64,000 nucleotides of DNA from Candidatus Pacebacteria bacterium RIFOXYA1_FULL_38_18 (GCA_001787405.1 MFWV01000011.1:118860-182859); one strand, 5' to 3'; shown: positions 38,438-49,534, counted from the stretch's first letter. Numbers and translations are program-made. Notes: generated from the sequence alone by a model not told the origin.

Positions 38438-39307
38438 ATGCAACAAGCAGTACTCGTCGACTCTCATGCCAAGTTTGAACAACACTTGAGAGAGGCTGGC
38501 AAGGCAAATGCCACAGTAATCGCTTACAGCAAAGATATTGAACAGCTGATTGAGTTTGTTGGCGAAAAAGGCAAGACTCTAGTCGCAGAAGTAACGGCTG
38601 ATGATATTGATGAATTTAAAAGCATCTTGAAACAGCGTCGTTATACTAGCAAATCAATTTCCAGAAAAATTAATTCTATCAAAGCTTTCTTCCGTTATTT
38701 AATTGACGAAGAAATCTTGACAGACAATCCGGCAGAGGCAATTTCTCATCCCAAAATAGAACAATCTCCGCCCAGAATGCTATCCAAATTGGAGTATCGA
38801 GCTTTGCGTGATGCTGCCAGTGGTGATGAGCGTTTGTTTGCTATCGTGGAATTATTACTACAAACCGGTATGCGCATCAGTGAATTAGCAGCTTTGCAAA
38901 TGGATGATATGGATGTGGATAGGGGCGTAGTTACTATTCAAGCTCAAAATTCTCGCGATGAACGCAAGGTGCCTTTGAATAAACCAGCCAAAAAAGCTTT
39001 GATGGATTATCTCAAAGTTCGTCCTCGTGCCCGCGAAAAAACCGTTTTTCTAACCAAAACCTCTCGTCCATTTTTGGTAAGAAATATTCGTACAGCCATA
39101 GATCGTTATTTCCGTTTGGCCGGCATCAAAGATGCCAAAGTTAATGACTTGCGTCATACTTTTATTGTGGAACAGCTTAAGGCTGGTACCCCTTTGGTCT
39201 ATGTTTCTCAGTTGGTTGGACATAAACGCATCACTACTACCGAAAAATATCTTAATTTAATCGATTCTCCAGATATGAATCCCAATGTTCAGATCGAGGA
39301 ACTGTAA
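38438..39307 (+). CDS. tyrosine site-specific recombinase (XerC/XerD-like)
   Basis: N-terminal SAM-like domain. Catalytic R...LRHTF...GHKRITTTEKYLN (R, H-x-x-R, H, Y). Confidence 0.8.
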   Translation: MQQAVLVDSHAKFEQHLREAGKANATVIAYSKDIEQLIEFVGEKGKTLVAEVTADDIDEFKSILKQRRYTSKSISRKINSIKAFFRYLIDEEILTDNPAEAISHPKIEQSPPRMLSKLEYRALRDAASGDERLFAIVELLLQTGMRISELAALQMDDMDVDRGVVTIQAQNSRDERKVPLNKPAKKALMDYLKVRPRAREKTVFLTKTSRPFLVRNIRTAIDRYFRLAGIKDAKVNDLRHTFIVEQLKAGTPLVYVSQLVGHKRITTTEKYLNLIDSPDMNPNVQIEEL

Positions 39308-39323
39308 AATAATTTAAGCAAAA

Positions 39324-39512
39324 ATGTTGAAAAATTTAATTGAAAGACTAGGAATAAATGGAGGCCAAGACATAGACGGGAATACTCCAGAAGAGTACAC
39401 AACCGCTCATCTTCAAGCTTTGCAAGAGTCAAGTGAAGATCCGAATACGAGGGCTTGGGCAAAGCGAGAATTAGAGCGCAGAAGAAAGTGGATTATAAAT
39501 AAAACAAAATAA
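39324..39512 (+). CDS. small hypothetical protein
   Basis: 62-aa ORF. A terminator follows. Confidence 0.25.
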   Translation: MLKNLIERLGINGGQDIDGNTPEEYTTAHLQALQESSEDPNTRAWAKRELERRRKWIINKTK

Positions 39513-39540
39513 AATAATTACAAAATTTATTAATTAATTA

Positions 39541-39566
39541 GCTCTCTGCGGAGAGCTTTTTTGTTT
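39541..39566 (+). terminator. rho-independent terminator
   Basis: agctctc-tgcg-gagagct followed by a T6 run. Confidence 0.7.
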
Positions 39567-39618
39567 TTATGGTGCAAAAAGCTCAAAAAATAGTACGATA
39601 CAATGAAAAGAAAGAAAT

Positions 39619-40641
39619 ATGAAGGAAACTAAAAAACGAATTTTGTCGGGAATAACGCCCAGTGGTAATGCACTGCATATTGGCAATTATTTTGGTGCCG
39701 TCAAACCGCAAATCGAGTTGCAAAATACTCATCAAACCTATTATTTTGTGGCTGATTTACACGCCCTGACCACTATCCATGACAGAGAAGAATTGGAGCG
39801 AAACATCACTGGGGTGGTGCTTGATTATTTGGCACTGGGTTTGGATTCGGAAAAGTGTGTTTTTTTCCGCCAATCTACCGTGCCGGCTCATAGTCAACTA
39901 GCCATAGTGTTGGCCAACTATATCTCTTTTGGCCAAATGCAGAGAATGCATGCTTTCAAAGATAAGTTGCAAAAAGATACTGGTGTTGAGTCCATCAATA
40001 TGGGTTTGTTTAATTATCCGCTTTTGATGGCAGCAGATATTTTGCTTTACAAGCCATTTGGCGTGCCGGTGGGTGATGATCAGCGTCAGCACGTAGAACT
40101 AGCTCGTGATATAGCCGAAAAATTCAATAAAACTTATGATCAGGAAGTTTTCCCCTTGCCAGAGCCGTTGATCTCTGAAACCGTGGGTCGCATTGTGGGC
40201 ACGGATGGCAAACGCAAGATGAGTAAATCGCTGAACAACATCATTGGTATTTTTGAAGATGAAACTGTGATTAAAAAACAAATCATGGACTGTTTTACTG
40301 ATCCCAATCGTCAACGTGCTACTGATCCAGGAAAAGTGGAAGGCAACCCTATCTTTATCTATCATGATTTAATCAATGATAATCACAAAGAAGTAGCCGA
40401 ATTAAAAGCTCGTTATCTACAAGGCAAAGTAGGAGACGTAGAAGTCAAAGAAAAACTTTTTCTTGCTCATCAACGTTTATTTGCTAGTGCTCGGACTAGA
40501 CGTCAGGAATTGGTGCAAAATTTGACTGTAGTTAAAAAAATCTTGGCTGAGGGTGCAGAACAAGCCTGTCGGTTGGCAAAACAAACTTTGGCAGAAGTTT
40601 ATCAAGTGATTGGTGAAGATAATCAACTCAATAAAAATTAA
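39619..40641 (+). CDS. trpS: tryptophanyl-tRNA synthetase
   Basis: Class I motifs HIGN and KMSKS. TrpS-like sequence throughout. Confidence 0.92.
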   Translation: MKETKKRILSGITPSGNALHIGNYFGAVKPQIELQNTHQTYYFVADLHALTTIHDREELERNITGVVLDYLALGLDSEKCVFFRQSTVPAHSQLAIVLANYISFGQMQRMHAFKDKLQKDTGVESINMGLFNYPLLMAADILLYKPFGVPVGDDQRQHVELARDIAEKFNKTYDQEVFPLPEPLISETVGRIVGTDGKRKMSKSLNNIIGIFEDETVIKKQIMDCFTDPNRQRATDPGKVEGNPIFIYHDLINDNHKEVAELKARYLQGKVGDVEVKEKLFLAHQRLFASARTRRQELVQNLTVVKKILAEGAEQACRLAKQTLAEVYQVIGEDNQLNKN

Positions 40642-40678
40642 AAGTTATAATCATTAAAAATTCCCAAAGAAAGAAACT

Positions 40679-41014
40679 ATGAAGCCAATTATTGAATATG
40701 CTGATTTTGAAAAGCTTGATTTACGGATAGGCAAAGTGACGAAGGCTATTGCTCCAGAATGGAGTGAAAAACTCTTACAACTAACTGTTGATTTTGGTCC
40801 GGAAATTGGTGAGCGCAATATCATGGCCGGGATTAAACAATGGTATAAACCAGAGGAATTGGTGGGTAAGCAATATCCATTTATCGTCAATTTGGCCGAA
40901 CGGAAGATGGGCGAGAGTGTCAGTCAAGGCATGATGCTGATGGCTGATGGAGAGCCTCAGCCCGTGCCTTTTGCAGTTGCTGCCACAGTTACCTCTGGCA
41001 CTGTAGTTCGATAG
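40679..41014 (+). CDS. tRNA-binding protein (CsaA / EMAP-II-like OB-fold domain)
   Basis: LDLRIGKVTKAIAPEWSEKLLQLTVDFG...GMMLMADG pattern of the tRNA-binding domain. Confidence 0.7.
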   Translation: MKPIIEYADFEKLDLRIGKVTKAIAPEWSEKLLQLTVDFGPEIGERNIMAGIKQWYKPEELVGKQYPFIVNLAERKMGESVSQGMMLMADGEPQPVPFAVAATVTSGTVVR

Positions 41015-41047
41015 TTTTTTATCCACTAAACTTATTTTTGTTTTTCT

Positions 41048-41413
41048 TTGGATACTTATGATAATATCGCTGATATGAGCAGAAGTAATGGAAGTGGCAA
41101 AGAAATTAGTCGAACAATCAGGATTCTAGGCCAAAGAATAGCGAGTCTTTCTCCAACAGTTTTGCAGAGTTTGATTGAGCAAGCTCAACAAATGGAACAG
41201 GGAACTTCACCACAAACCAGACTCAGTTTTTTTCTAAATCATTATGAACTTCCAGAACTAACCAATGGTCAAATCAATCGTTTTTTAAAGACGGCCAAAG
41301 TTTTGGGAGAATCTGGCAAATCAGCATATTTGTTTTATCTTTATTTAAGTTTTGGTTGGGAAGATTTTAATCAAAATTTTCTTGAGATTACTTCTTCCAG
41401 CGAAACTGATTGA
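41048..41413 (+). CDS. hypothetical protein
   Basis: 121-aa ORF with no recognisable domain. Confidence 0.4.
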   Translation: MDTYDNIADMSRSNGSGKEISRTIRILGQRIASLSPTVLQSLIEQAQQMEQGTSPQTRLSFFLNHYELPELTNGQINRFLKTAKVLGESGKSAYLFYLYLSFGWEDFNQNFLEITSSSETD

Positions 41414-41514
41414 TTGTTTTCCTGCTTGCTTTATGACGATATTTTTCGTAAAACTACCTTTGTTCTCACCAGTAATTCTGCCCAATTGTTAATAACCAAC
41501 GGAAAGCAATCGCA

Positions 41515-42009
41515 GTGGAGTATCAGCGAGGTGGAAGACTGGTAGAAAAATCGGTAAAGATTGCGAGTTGGATTTTATCTATTTACGCGTTATATGAACT
41601 GAGTTTGTCTGCTGCCAATAAAGTGGCTCGAGATGTTATTTATGAGAGATCAAAAGGAGTTTGTGAGGGTTGCGGTAGAGAAGATTTGAATGGATCTGGA
41701 ATCGTCAGTCATATCAATCATACCAAAAATAAACATTACAATGCTCCAGATAACTTGCGGTTTTATTGTCCCAAATGTGAAGCATTACATCATCTCAAAC
41801 ATTTTAAAAAAGCTCATAAGATAGGTTTGAAGGAAAAAGACAATAATGCTTCTGCCTTGGGTCGATTGGTTGAACTGATTAATTTTGATCCTGCCGAGTT
41901 TGAACTTTTCTATAAAGAACATCAACAAAAAATAGATTTATTATTTGGAAAATATAAATTGTCCTACCGACGATTTATTCTCACTTATAGTAATGGTAGT
42001 AGTGATTAG
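41515..42009 (+). CDS. HNH endonuclease domain protein
   Basis: CEGCG...HINH...N...CPKCEALHH: HNH zinc-finger and His-Asn-His core. Confidence 0.55.
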   Translation: MEYQRGGRLVEKSVKIASWILSIYALYELSLSAANKVARDVIYERSKGVCEGCGREDLNGSGIVSHINHTKNKHYNAPDNLRFYCPKCEALHHLKHFKKAHKIGLKEKDNNASALGRLVELINFDPAEFELFYKEHQQKIDLLFGKYKLSYRRFILTYSNGSSD

Positions 42010-42086
42010 TTGGCTTGTTGGTCAAATTACCAACTTGATAAATTTTCCGATTAAATAATAGTCGTGTTACAATACAAATTCGAACT

Positions 42087-44018
42087 ATGCCTGGTACCAA
42101 AACACCACCTCCAGTCAAGAAGGCTCCCGGCCTCAAAGCAAATCAAAGCGCTCCCAAAAAACGCAACCTGATTGAAAAACGTTTTGAAATGAATCTGAAT
42201 CTCAATAAATTTTTTAATCGAGGCTTGATTTTTTTGATTATTTTCTTGCTTTTTCTTCCTTATTTGCGCGGTTTATTTGGAGTGGGTGCTTCGGAATATA
42301 TTTCCCTAAGTCAGTTAGTGCGTGACGTACGAGAAGAAAAAGTAGAGACTTTGCAAGTGACCGGTACGGAACTGCGTGCTATTTATAAAGATGGTGAGCG
42401 TCGCTATACACTCAAAGAAGAAGGTCAAGAAGCACTCTCGATTTTAAATGCAGCCGGTATTGATTTTGCCCAAGTGGATGTAAATGTAGAGGACGTGTCT
42501 TTTGGCCAATTATTCTGGGAATTAGTTATTAATTTCTTACCAATTGGTCTAATGATTTTCTTTTTCATGATGATGTTTAGACAAGCACGAGGAGCGCAAG
42601 ACGGCATTTTGGGCATTGGTCGTAGCAAAGCCAAGGTGTTTGTAAAGGGCAAACAGAACATCAGTTTTGATAACGTGGGTGGCATGGATGAAGCCAAGCA
42701 AGAGCTCAAGGAAGTGGTTGATTTTTTGCGCAATCCCAAAAAATACATCAAAGTTGGCGCGCGTACGCCCAAGGGAGTGTTATTGGTTGGTCCCTCTGGA
42801 ACAGGTAAAACTTTACTCGCCCGAGCTGTGGCTGGGGAAGCTAATGTTCAGTTTTTGTCTATTGCTGGCTCTGAATTTATGGAAATGCTAGTGGGAGTGG
42901 GTGCTTCACGAGTGCGTGATTTGTTTGATACAGCCAAAAAAATTGCTCCTTCGATTATTTTTATTGACGAAATTGATGCTATCGGTCGAGTACGTGGCCA
43001 GGGAAGTATGGGCGGCCATGACGAGCGAGAGCAAACTTTGAATCAAATCTTGGTCGAAATGGATGGCTTTACTCAGAATGACAACGTGATCGTCATGGCC
43101 GCCACCAATCGCGGTGACATGTTAGATCCCGCTCTCATTCGTCCCGGTCGCTTTGATCGCAGAGTAATGGTGAGTTTGCCTGATCTGGAAGAGCGTAAAT
43201 ATATTTTGAAGATTCATGCCAAAGGCAAGCCTTTGGACAAAAACCTCACTTGGGAAAAAATCGCCAGACGCACTGTTGGTTTTTCTGGTGCTGATTTGGA
43301 AAACATGCTCAATGAGGCAGCCATTGCCATTGCCAGAGAAAGTCGCAAGGCTATTACCATGGAAGATATTGAAGAAGCTTCTATGAAGGTCAAATACGGC
43401 CCCAGCAAGAAACGTTTGCGCGATGATTATGAACGAGAGCTTACGGCTTATCATGAGGCTGGTCACGCGGTGTTAGCTCATATTTTGCCCTACACGGATC
43501 CGGTGCACCGCATCTCGATTGTTTCTAGAGGTCAGGCTTTGGGCTACACTTTTACCCCACCGGAAAAAGACAAATTACAGATTCTAAAATCAGAAATGTT
43601 GGATGAAATTACGGTAATGATGGGCGGGCGGGCCGCAGAAATCCTGGTTTTTGATGAGCAAACTGCTGGAGCTAGCAATGATATTGATCGGGCCACTCGA
43701 GCGGCCCGCGCCATGGTAGTAGAGTACGGCATGAGTAAACTGGGACCGATGAACTTTGGACCGCAGTATGAACAAAACTATTCTAGAATATGGGGAGAGC
43801 CGTCCAAAATTTCCGGTAGTTTACAAGAAAAAGTTGATTTAGAAATTCGTAAAATCATCGAGACTGCCCAAACCAGGGCCATGGATTTACTCAAAAAACA
43901 TCGTTCTCAACTAGATGCTGTTTCTCGCAAATTATTGGAAGTAGAAACTTTGGACAGTATTGAGTTTGAAAAGGTTATCAAAATCCCCAAAGCTCGTCGC
44001 GTTGCCAAAAAATCTTAA
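42087..44018 (+). CDS. ftsH: ATP-dependent zinc metalloprotease FtsH
   Basis: Walker [12 protein letters not shown] motif, HEAGHA zinc site. Start could be Met at 42189; the longer form adds a Pro/Lys-rich N-terminal tail. Confidence 0.95.
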   Translation: MPGTKTPPPVKKAPGLKANQSAPKKRNLIEKRFEMNLNLNKFFNRGLIFLIIFLLFLPYLRGLFGVGASEYISLSQLVRDVREEKVETLQVTGTELRAIYKDGERRYTLKEEGQEALSILNAAGIDFAQVDVNVEDVSFGQLFWELVINFLPIGLMIFFFMMMFRQARGAQDGILGIGRSKAKVFVKGKQNISFDNVGGMDEAKQELKEVVDFLRNPKKYIKVGARTPKGVLLVGPSGTGKTLLARAVAGEANVQFLSIAGSEFMEMLVGVGASRVRDLFDTAKKIAPSIIFIDEIDAIGRVRGQGSMGGHDEREQTLNQILVEMDGFTQNDNVIVMAATNRGDMLDPALIRPGRFDRRVMVSLPDLEERKYILKIHAKGKPLDKNLTWEKIARRTVGFSGADLENMLNEAAIAIARESRKAITMEDIEEASMKVKYGPSKKRLRDDYERELTAYHEAGHAVLAHILPYTDPVHRISIVSRGQALGYTFTPPEKDKLQILKSEMLDEITVMMGGRAAEILVFDEQTAGASNDIDRATRAARAMVVEYGMSKLGPMNFGPQYEQNYSRIWGEPSKISGSLQEKVDLEIRKIIETAQTRAMDLLKKHRSQLDAVSRKLLEVETLDSIEFEKVIKIPKARRVAKKS

Positions 44019-44068
44019 TTCTTTGATGAAAAGCAAGCTTGTTATAATTCAAGCTATAATTCAATGAT

Positions 44069-44998
44069 ATGTCTCGTAAAAAATTTTTATTGGTAGATGG
44101 CCACGCTTTAATTTATCGTTCATTTTTTGCTTTCCCCAAAAGCTTCACCAGATCAGATGGTCAAATGATCAATGCCGTTTACGGTTTTTCACGCATTTTA
44201 TTGACAGCCATTCGCAATCTTGATCCATTCTACATGGCCGTTACTTTTGATCATCCCTCACCGACCAATCGAGCCAAAGATTTTGAGTTTTACAAAATTA
44301 ACCGCCCCACCATGCCCGAAGAACTGCAACCGCAGATTGCCATTATCAGAGAAGTAGTGGAGGCGCTCAACATTCCACAGTTTCAATTGGAGGGTTATGA
44401 GGCAGACGACTTAATCGGTACGATCAACACCAGAGTTGAAGAGCGCGACAAAACTCTGCTCACGATAATTCTTACCGGTGATCAAGATATGTTTCAATTG
44501 GTTGACAATGACACCCATGTTTATCTGCCTGGTCGTGGCAAAGGTCAAGAAGATACAGAATATGATGAAGAATTGGTCAAAAAAAAGATTGGCGTACAAC
44601 CAGACCAAGTGATTGAGCTCAAGGGTTTGATGGGTGATAGTTCGGATAATATTCCTGGTGTAAAAGGAGTTGGTCCCAAAACCGCCATTGCTCTGATTGA
44701 AAAATTCGCTTCAGTAGACGGAGTTTATGAAGCTTTGGACAAACAAACAGCTGATCCGATTTTTTCTCCTTCATTGATCAAAAAATTAAATAGCGATCGA
44801 AAAAATGCTTTTTTGAGTCGAGAACTAGCTACCATCATCAAAAATGCTCCAGTTCAATTTAATCTAGAAGATTGTGCCGTAACTCAATACAATAAAGAAA
44901 AAGTGGTCACTCTTTTTCAAAGTTTGAACTTTAAGTCATTACTTAATTTTTTACCCAAAGATGAATTTGAGACCACTGTTCAGGAGGCATTGTTTTAA
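44069..44998 (+). CDS. 5'-3' exonuclease (FEN/Pol I N-terminal-domain family)
   Basis: LLVDGHALIYRSFFA N-terminus and an H3TH region ...GDSSDNIPGVKGVGPKTA... Confidence 0.8.
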   Translation: MSRKKFLLVDGHALIYRSFFAFPKSFTRSDGQMINAVYGFSRILLTAIRNLDPFYMAVTFDHPSPTNRAKDFEFYKINRPTMPEELQPQIAIIREVVEALNIPQFQLEGYEADDLIGTINTRVEERDKTLLTIILTGDQDMFQLVDNDTHVYLPGRGKGQEDTEYDEELVKKKIGVQPDQVIELKGLMGDSSDNIPGVKGVGPKTAIALIEKFASVDGVYEALDKQTADPIFSPSLIKKLNSDRKNAFLSRELATIIKNAPVQFNLEDCAVTQYNKEKVVTLFQSLNFKSLLNFLPKDEFETTVQEALF

Positions 44999-46095
44999 TG
45001 AAAATAGCTTTAGTTCATGATTATTTACGAGAATTTGGTGGGGCAGAACGCGTCTTGATGGCTTTGCACGAAATGTTTCCAGAAGCTCCTGTTTATACTG
45101 CTTTTTATGATAAAAAAGCACTGGGAATGCATGCCCAGCATTTTGCTGGCTGGGATATTCGCGAAACTTGGTTAGCCAAAGTGCCATGGATCAAAAAACT
45201 TTATTCTCCACTGCGCTTTCTTGCGCCCAAGGCTTTTGCAGATCTGGATTTATCCAAATTCGAGCTAGTGATTTCTTCTAGCAATGCCTATTTTGCCAAG
45301 GCAGTCAAAGTGCCTCATGGTAAACATCTTTGTTATTGTCATACTCCACCCAGAGTCATGTATGGTTACTCGGTCATGAGTGAGTGGCGTAGCAATCCCA
45401 TCTTGCGTTGGGCAGGAACATTTTTGAATCATTTTTTGCGAGTAATTGATCTGCGAGTTTCCAGAGAGAATGTAGATGTTTTCATTGCCAATTCTCAAGA
45501 AACGGCCAGCAGAATCAAGAAATTTTATAAACTTGATTCGACAGTAGTTCATCCGCCCATTGAAGTTCCTGCTCGCCCAAAGCTAGTTCCCGCCAAAGAT
45601 CGCTCTTACTATCTTTATGCCGGTCGGCTGACTTTTTCTAAACATCCAGAATTGGCAGTGGCTGCTTGTAACAAATTGGGTTTGCCCCTCAAAGTAGTTG
45701 GTTTGGGCAAAATGGATGAAAAACTGAGAGAAATAGCTGGTTCTACCATTGAACTATTGGGAGAAGTAACCGATCGTGATCTTACAGAACTTTATGCTCA
45801 TGCCAAAGCGCTGATTTATCCCTCCGAAGACGAAGATTTTGGGATGGTACCAGTAGAAGCAATGGGGTGGGGCACGCCGGTAATTGCTCATCACTCTGGG
45901 GGTCCCAAAGAAACAATAGTGGAGGGCAAAACAGGTATCTTTTTTGAACGATTAACGGTCGAAGATCTGGTCAAAGCTTTGCAAAAATTTCAAAAAACCA
46001 GCTTTTCAGCTCTCAAAATCCATCAACACGCCCAACGATTCAACCAGACAGCTTTTGTTAAAAACATCAGACGAGTGATTGATGAATCAGCTTGA
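44998..46095 (+). CDS. glycosyltransferase family 4
   Basis: EDFGMVPVEAMGWGTPVIA (E-x7-E motif). Confidence 0.8.
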   Translation: MKIALVHDYLREFGGAERVLMALHEMFPEAPVYTAFYDKKALGMHAQHFAGWDIRETWLAKVPWIKKLYSPLRFLAPKAFADLDLSKFELVISSSNAYFAKAVKVPHGKHLCYCHTPPRVMYGYSVMSEWRSNPILRWAGTFLNHFLRVIDLRVSRENVDVFIANSQETASRIKKFYKLDSTVVHPPIEVPARPKLVPAKDRSYYLYAGRLTFSKHPELAVAACNKLGLPLKVVGLGKMDEKLREIAGSTIELLGEVTDRDLTELYAHAKALIYPSEDEDFGMVPVEAMGWGTPVIAHHSGGPKETIVEGKTGIFFERLTVEDLVKALQKFQKTSFSALKIHQHAQRFNQTAFVKNIRRVIDESA

Positions 46096-46126
46096 CTTTT
46101 TAGCACTCAATCCGTATTATTGCTAA
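46092..46126 (+). promoter_or_regulatory. hrcA promoter overlapping a CIRCE operator (TTAGCACTC-N9-TATTGCTAA)
   Basis: TTGACT at 46092-46097. CIRCE at 46100-46126. -10 TATTAT at 46115-46120. The hrcA ATG is at 46131, so the mRNA is likely leaderless. Confidence 0.6.
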
Positions 46127-46130
46127 TACT

Positions 46131-46853
46131 ATGATTGATCTAGTTGCTCGCCAAATTCAGATTCTTCGCGCTGTCATCGAGGAATTCATCGAAACAGCCA
46201 ATCCAGTCGGCTCTGACACGATTGATAAAAAATACAACATTGGTGTTTCTCCAGCCACTATTCGTAATGAAATGGTTTATTTGACCAAACAAGGTTATTT
46301 GCAGAAAACTCACATGAGTGCTGGTCGCATTCCCACACCATTGGCTCTACGCCTTTATGTCAACGAGTTAATGAAAGAAAAGGAACTATCAGTAGCAGAT
46401 GAAGTGAGTGCCAAAGAAAAAATCTGGGAACATAAAGAAGACAGAGAAGATTTATTACAAGAATCAGCCAAGGTGCTGGCAGAAAAATCCAGAGCTATTG
46501 GTTTAGCCATGGATCAAGAACAGCATATTTATAGTGCTGGTTTGGCCAATTTACTGAATATGCCAGAATTTTTTGATATTCGTGTCACTCGCAATGTTTT
46601 TAACATGATTGAAGAAGAAAACTTGATGCAAGAGATTTTTGAAATGGGTCAAAGCGAAAATCCTATACACGTAGTCTATGGTAAAGAATTGGGTAATAAA
46701 GATCTGGAACCAGTTAGTATTATTTTTACGGAAGTTAATTTTGGCAATCAACCCTTTACTTTAGGGGTGCTTGGTTCTCATCGATTTGACTATGCCTATG
46801 TCATTCCCATGATGAGATATTTTAGAGCACTAATAGAAGAAATTGCCGGTTAA
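46131..46853 (+). CDS. hrcA: heat-inducible transcription repressor HrcA (short form)
   Basis: N-terminal winged-helix region ...RQIQILRAVIEEFIETANPVGSDTI... Position immediately upstream of grpE-dnaK. Confidence 0.75.
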   Translation: MIDLVARQIQILRAVIEEFIETANPVGSDTIDKKYNIGVSPATIRNEMVYLTKQGYLQKTHMSAGRIPTPLALRLYVNELMKEKELSVADEVSAKEKIWEHKEDREDLLQESAKVLAEKSRAIGLAMDQEQHIYSAGLANLLNMPEFFDIRVTRNVFNMIEEENLMQEIFEMGQSENPIHVVYGKELGNKDLEPVSIIFTEVNFGNQPFTLGVLGSHRFDYAYVIPMMRYFRALIEEIAG

Positions 46854-46870
46854 TTAAAAATTCATTTGAT

Positions 46871-47326
46871 ATGTCAAAAAAATCAGTCAAAGCTTCTGCC
46901 CATGTTGATCAACTTCAAGCACAATTGGAGGATTTGCAGATTAAGTTAGCGCAAGTTCAGGAACAAGAGAAGCGGGCTTTGGCCGACTATCAAAATCTTT
47001 TACGCAGAACTCAGGAAAATCGCTTGGAAATGATTCAAATGGCCAATCGAAACCTGATTGAAGCACTATTGGCGCCACTAGAGCATTTAGAATTGGCAGT
47101 CGCGCAGCACAGCGACTCAGGACTCAAGATGATCTTGGAACAACTCAAACGAAGTTTGACGGAGTTTGGTTTGGAAGAAATCAAGGCGCAGGGAAAAGAA
47201 TTTGATGTGCAAACTATGGAAGTAGCAGAGGGTTCTGGTCAAGGCAAAAAAGTAGCCAAAGTTTTGCGCAAAGGCTATTTATTGAATGGCAAGGTTATTC
47301 AGCACGCCAAAGTGATCTTGGGATAA
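46871..47326 (+). CDS. grpE: nucleotide exchange factor GrpE
   Basis: Coiled-coil N-terminus, ADYQNLLRRT motif, C-terminal beta domain. Confidence 0.85.
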   Translation: MSKKSVKASAHVDQLQAQLEDLQIKLAQVQEQEKRALADYQNLLRRTQENRLEMIQMANRNLIEALLAPLEHLELAVAQHSDSGLKMILEQLKRSLTEFGLEEIKAQGKEFDVQTMEVAEGSGQGKKVAKVLRKGYLLNGKVIQHAKVILG

Positions 47327-47346
47327 AAAAGTGAGGCTGGTTAGAG

Positions 47347-47373
47347 TTAGCAGTCACTTGACTTGTCTGCTAA
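47347..47373. promoter_or_regulatory. CIRCE operator upstream of dnaK (TTAGCAGTC-N9-GTCTGCTAA)
   Basis: 8/9 and 7/9 matches to the CIRCE half-sites. A TTGACT lies inside the spacer. Confidence 0.55.
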
Positions 47374-47551
47374 TTTTGTTAAGATAGTTAAGACAATTAA
47401 AAAACTTAGGATAGTTAGAAAACCTAAAAAGATATTCGGGAAACTTAAAAAAAATAGTAAGTAAAAAGTATTAAATTAAAAAGTAGTAAAAGTAATAAAT
47501 TGTGTTACTGATTTAAAAATTAATTCAGAAAGCAAAAATTAAGGAGGATAT

Positions 47552-49486
47552 ATGGCAAAAACAGGAAAAATTATTGGTATTGATCTGGGAACCACCAACT
47601 CAGCAGTGGCTGTAATGGAGGGTGGCTCACCCAAAATTATCGCTACCACAGAGGGTCGCAACACTTTTCCCTCAATCGTAGCTTTTAAAGGTGATGAAAC
47701 TCTGGTGGGCGATTCAGCCAAACGCCAAATGGTGATGAATCCCAAATCTACGATTCACTCAGTCAAACGTTTTATGGGTAAGAAACACAAAGATGAGGCA
47801 GTTAAAAAAGCCCTCAAACATGTTTCTTATGAACTGACTGAAGGTAAAGATGGTATGGCGGTGGTGAAAGTGAATGGTAAAGACTTCACTCCTCAAGAAA
47901 TTTCTGCCAAAGTCTTGGGTAAAGCCAAGGCTGATGCGGAAAGTTATCTGGGTGAGACGGTTGATCGGGCAGTTATTACGGTTCCGGCCTATTTTGATGA
48001 TTCTCAACGCCAAGCTACCAAACAAGCAGGAGAGATCGCTGGTTTGAAAGTGGAGCGTATTGTCAATGAACCGACCGCAGCAGCCCTGGCTTATGGTTTG
48101 GATAAAAAAGGCACCAGCACCATTGCTGTTTATGATTTGGGTGGGGGTACTTTTGATATTTCTATCTTGGAAATTGGTGATGGAGTTTTTGAAGTCAAGT
48201 CAACCAACGGAGATACCTTCTTGGGGGGAGATGATTTTGATAGCAGAATCATTGATTATGTTTTGGAAGAATTCAAAAAAGAGCATGGCAAAGATTTGAG
48301 CAAAGATCCTCAGGCTATGCAAAGAATTAAAGACAGCGCAGAAAAAGCCAAGATTGAGCTATCATCTGCTGCTCAAAGTGAGATCAATCAACCCTTTATT
48401 GCTCAGGGAGATGATGGCCAACCCTTGCATTTGACCATGACCATTACCAGGTCCAAATTGGAAGAATTAGTTGACGACCTGATTAAGGGTTCTTTTGAGC
48501 CAGTCAAAAAAGCGCTCAAAGATGCCAAGTTGGAACCCAAAGATGTTCAAGACGTAGTTTTGGTGGGTGGTCAAACCCGAATGCCCAAAATCCAAGAAGA
48601 AGTTAAGAAATTTTTTGGCAAAGCTCCGCATAAAGGAGTCAATCCAGACGAAGTAGTGGCTGTGGGAGCAGCTATTCAGGCTGGAGTGATTGGTGGAGAT
48701 GTGTCTGACGTTGTTTTGTTAGATGTCACTCCTCTGACTCTTGGTTTGGAAACTTTGGGTGGAGTGCGCACGCCTTTAATCGAACGCAATACCACTATTC
48801 CTACCAGCAAATCGCAGATTTTCTCGACCGCAGCTGACAATCAGACTCAGGTGGAAATCAATGTCTTGCAAGGAGAGCGAGAAATGGCAGCTGACAATCG
48901 TTCTTTAGGACGCTTTATTTTGGACGGCATTCCGCCAGCCAGACGTGGTATTCCTCAAGTAGAAGTCACTTTTGATATTGACTCAAATGGTATTTTGAAT
49001 GTTTCAGCCAAAGATAAAACTTCTGGTAAAGAGCAAAAGATTACGATTCAAAACAGCACCAATCTTTCTGACGAAGAAGTTGAAAAAATGAAGGCTGATG
49101 CTGAAAAACACGCCGAGGAAGACAAGCGCAAAAAAGAATTGGTTGAGGCAAAAAATCAAGCCAATGGCGTAGCCTTTGAAATAGAAAAACAACTCAAAGA
49201 TTATGGTGACAAACTCGACAAGAAAGACAAAGAAGCAATCGAAGAAAACGTCAAAAAACTGCAAGAGTTGGCAGGCAAAGAGGATGTTACCAAAGAAGAA
49301 CTAGACAAAGCTGCTGAGGAAACTCTAACTTCAGCTCAAAAACTTGGTGAAGCAATGCAAAAAGCCAATCAAGCCAAAGAACAACCCCAGACCGATGAAG
49401 CTGAGGCCAAGCCTGATGATAAGAAAAAAGCCAAGAATAAAGAGGATAAAGCAGAGGCTGAGGAGGGTGAAGTAGTCAAAGACTAG
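47552..49486 (+). CDS. dnaK: molecular chaperone DnaK
   Basis: Full-length Hsp70 with [10 protein letters not shown] and [18 protein letters not shown]. Confidence 0.97.
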   Translation: MAKTGKIIGIDLGTTNSAVAVMEGGSPKIIATTEGRNTFPSIVAFKGDETLVGDSAKRQMVMNPKSTIHSVKRFMGKKHKDEAVKKALKHVSYELTEGKDGMAVVKVNGKDFTPQEISAKVLGKAKADAESYLGETVDRAVITVPAYFDDSQRQATKQAGEIAGLKVERIVNEPTAAALAYGLDKKGTSTIAVYDLGGGTFDISILEIGDGVFEVKSTNGDTFLGGDDFDSRIIDYVLEEFKKEHGKDLSKDPQAMQRIKDSAEKAKIELSSAAQSEINQPFIAQGDDGQPLHLTMTITRSKLEELVDDLIKGSFEPVKKALKDAKLEPKDVQDVVLVGGQTRMPKIQEEVKKFFGKAPHKGVNPDEVVAVGAAIQAGVIGGDVSDVVLLDVTPLTLGLETLGGVRTPLIERNTTIPTSKSQIFSTAADNQTQVEINVLQGEREMAADNRSLGRFILDGIPPARRGIPQVEVTFDIDSNGILNVSAKDKTSGKEQKITIQNSTNLSDEEVEKMKADAEKHAEEDKRKKELVEAKNQANGVAFEIEKQLKDYGDKLDKKDKEAIEENVKKLQELAGKEDVTKEELDKAAEETLTSAQKLGEAMQKANQAKEQPQTDEAEAKPDDKKKAKNKEDKAEAEEGEVVKD

Positions 49487-49507
49487 ACCGTTCGCATGAA
49501 CTTTAGA

Positions 49508-49534
49508 AAACCCCGCCAAAAAGCGGGGTTTTTG
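49508..49534 (+). terminator. rho-independent terminator after dnaK
   Basis: ccccgc-caaaaa-gcgggg followed by a T5 run. Confidence 0.75.

Noticed and set aside
36958-39307. Interpreting the tRNA-fMet to recombinase interval as an integrated genomic island
   Set aside because: No duplicated tRNA 3' end or attL/attR candidate was found by eye. The 289-aa recombinase with a SAM-like N-domain fits chromosomal XerC/D better than a phage integrase. Kept only as a low-confidence note.
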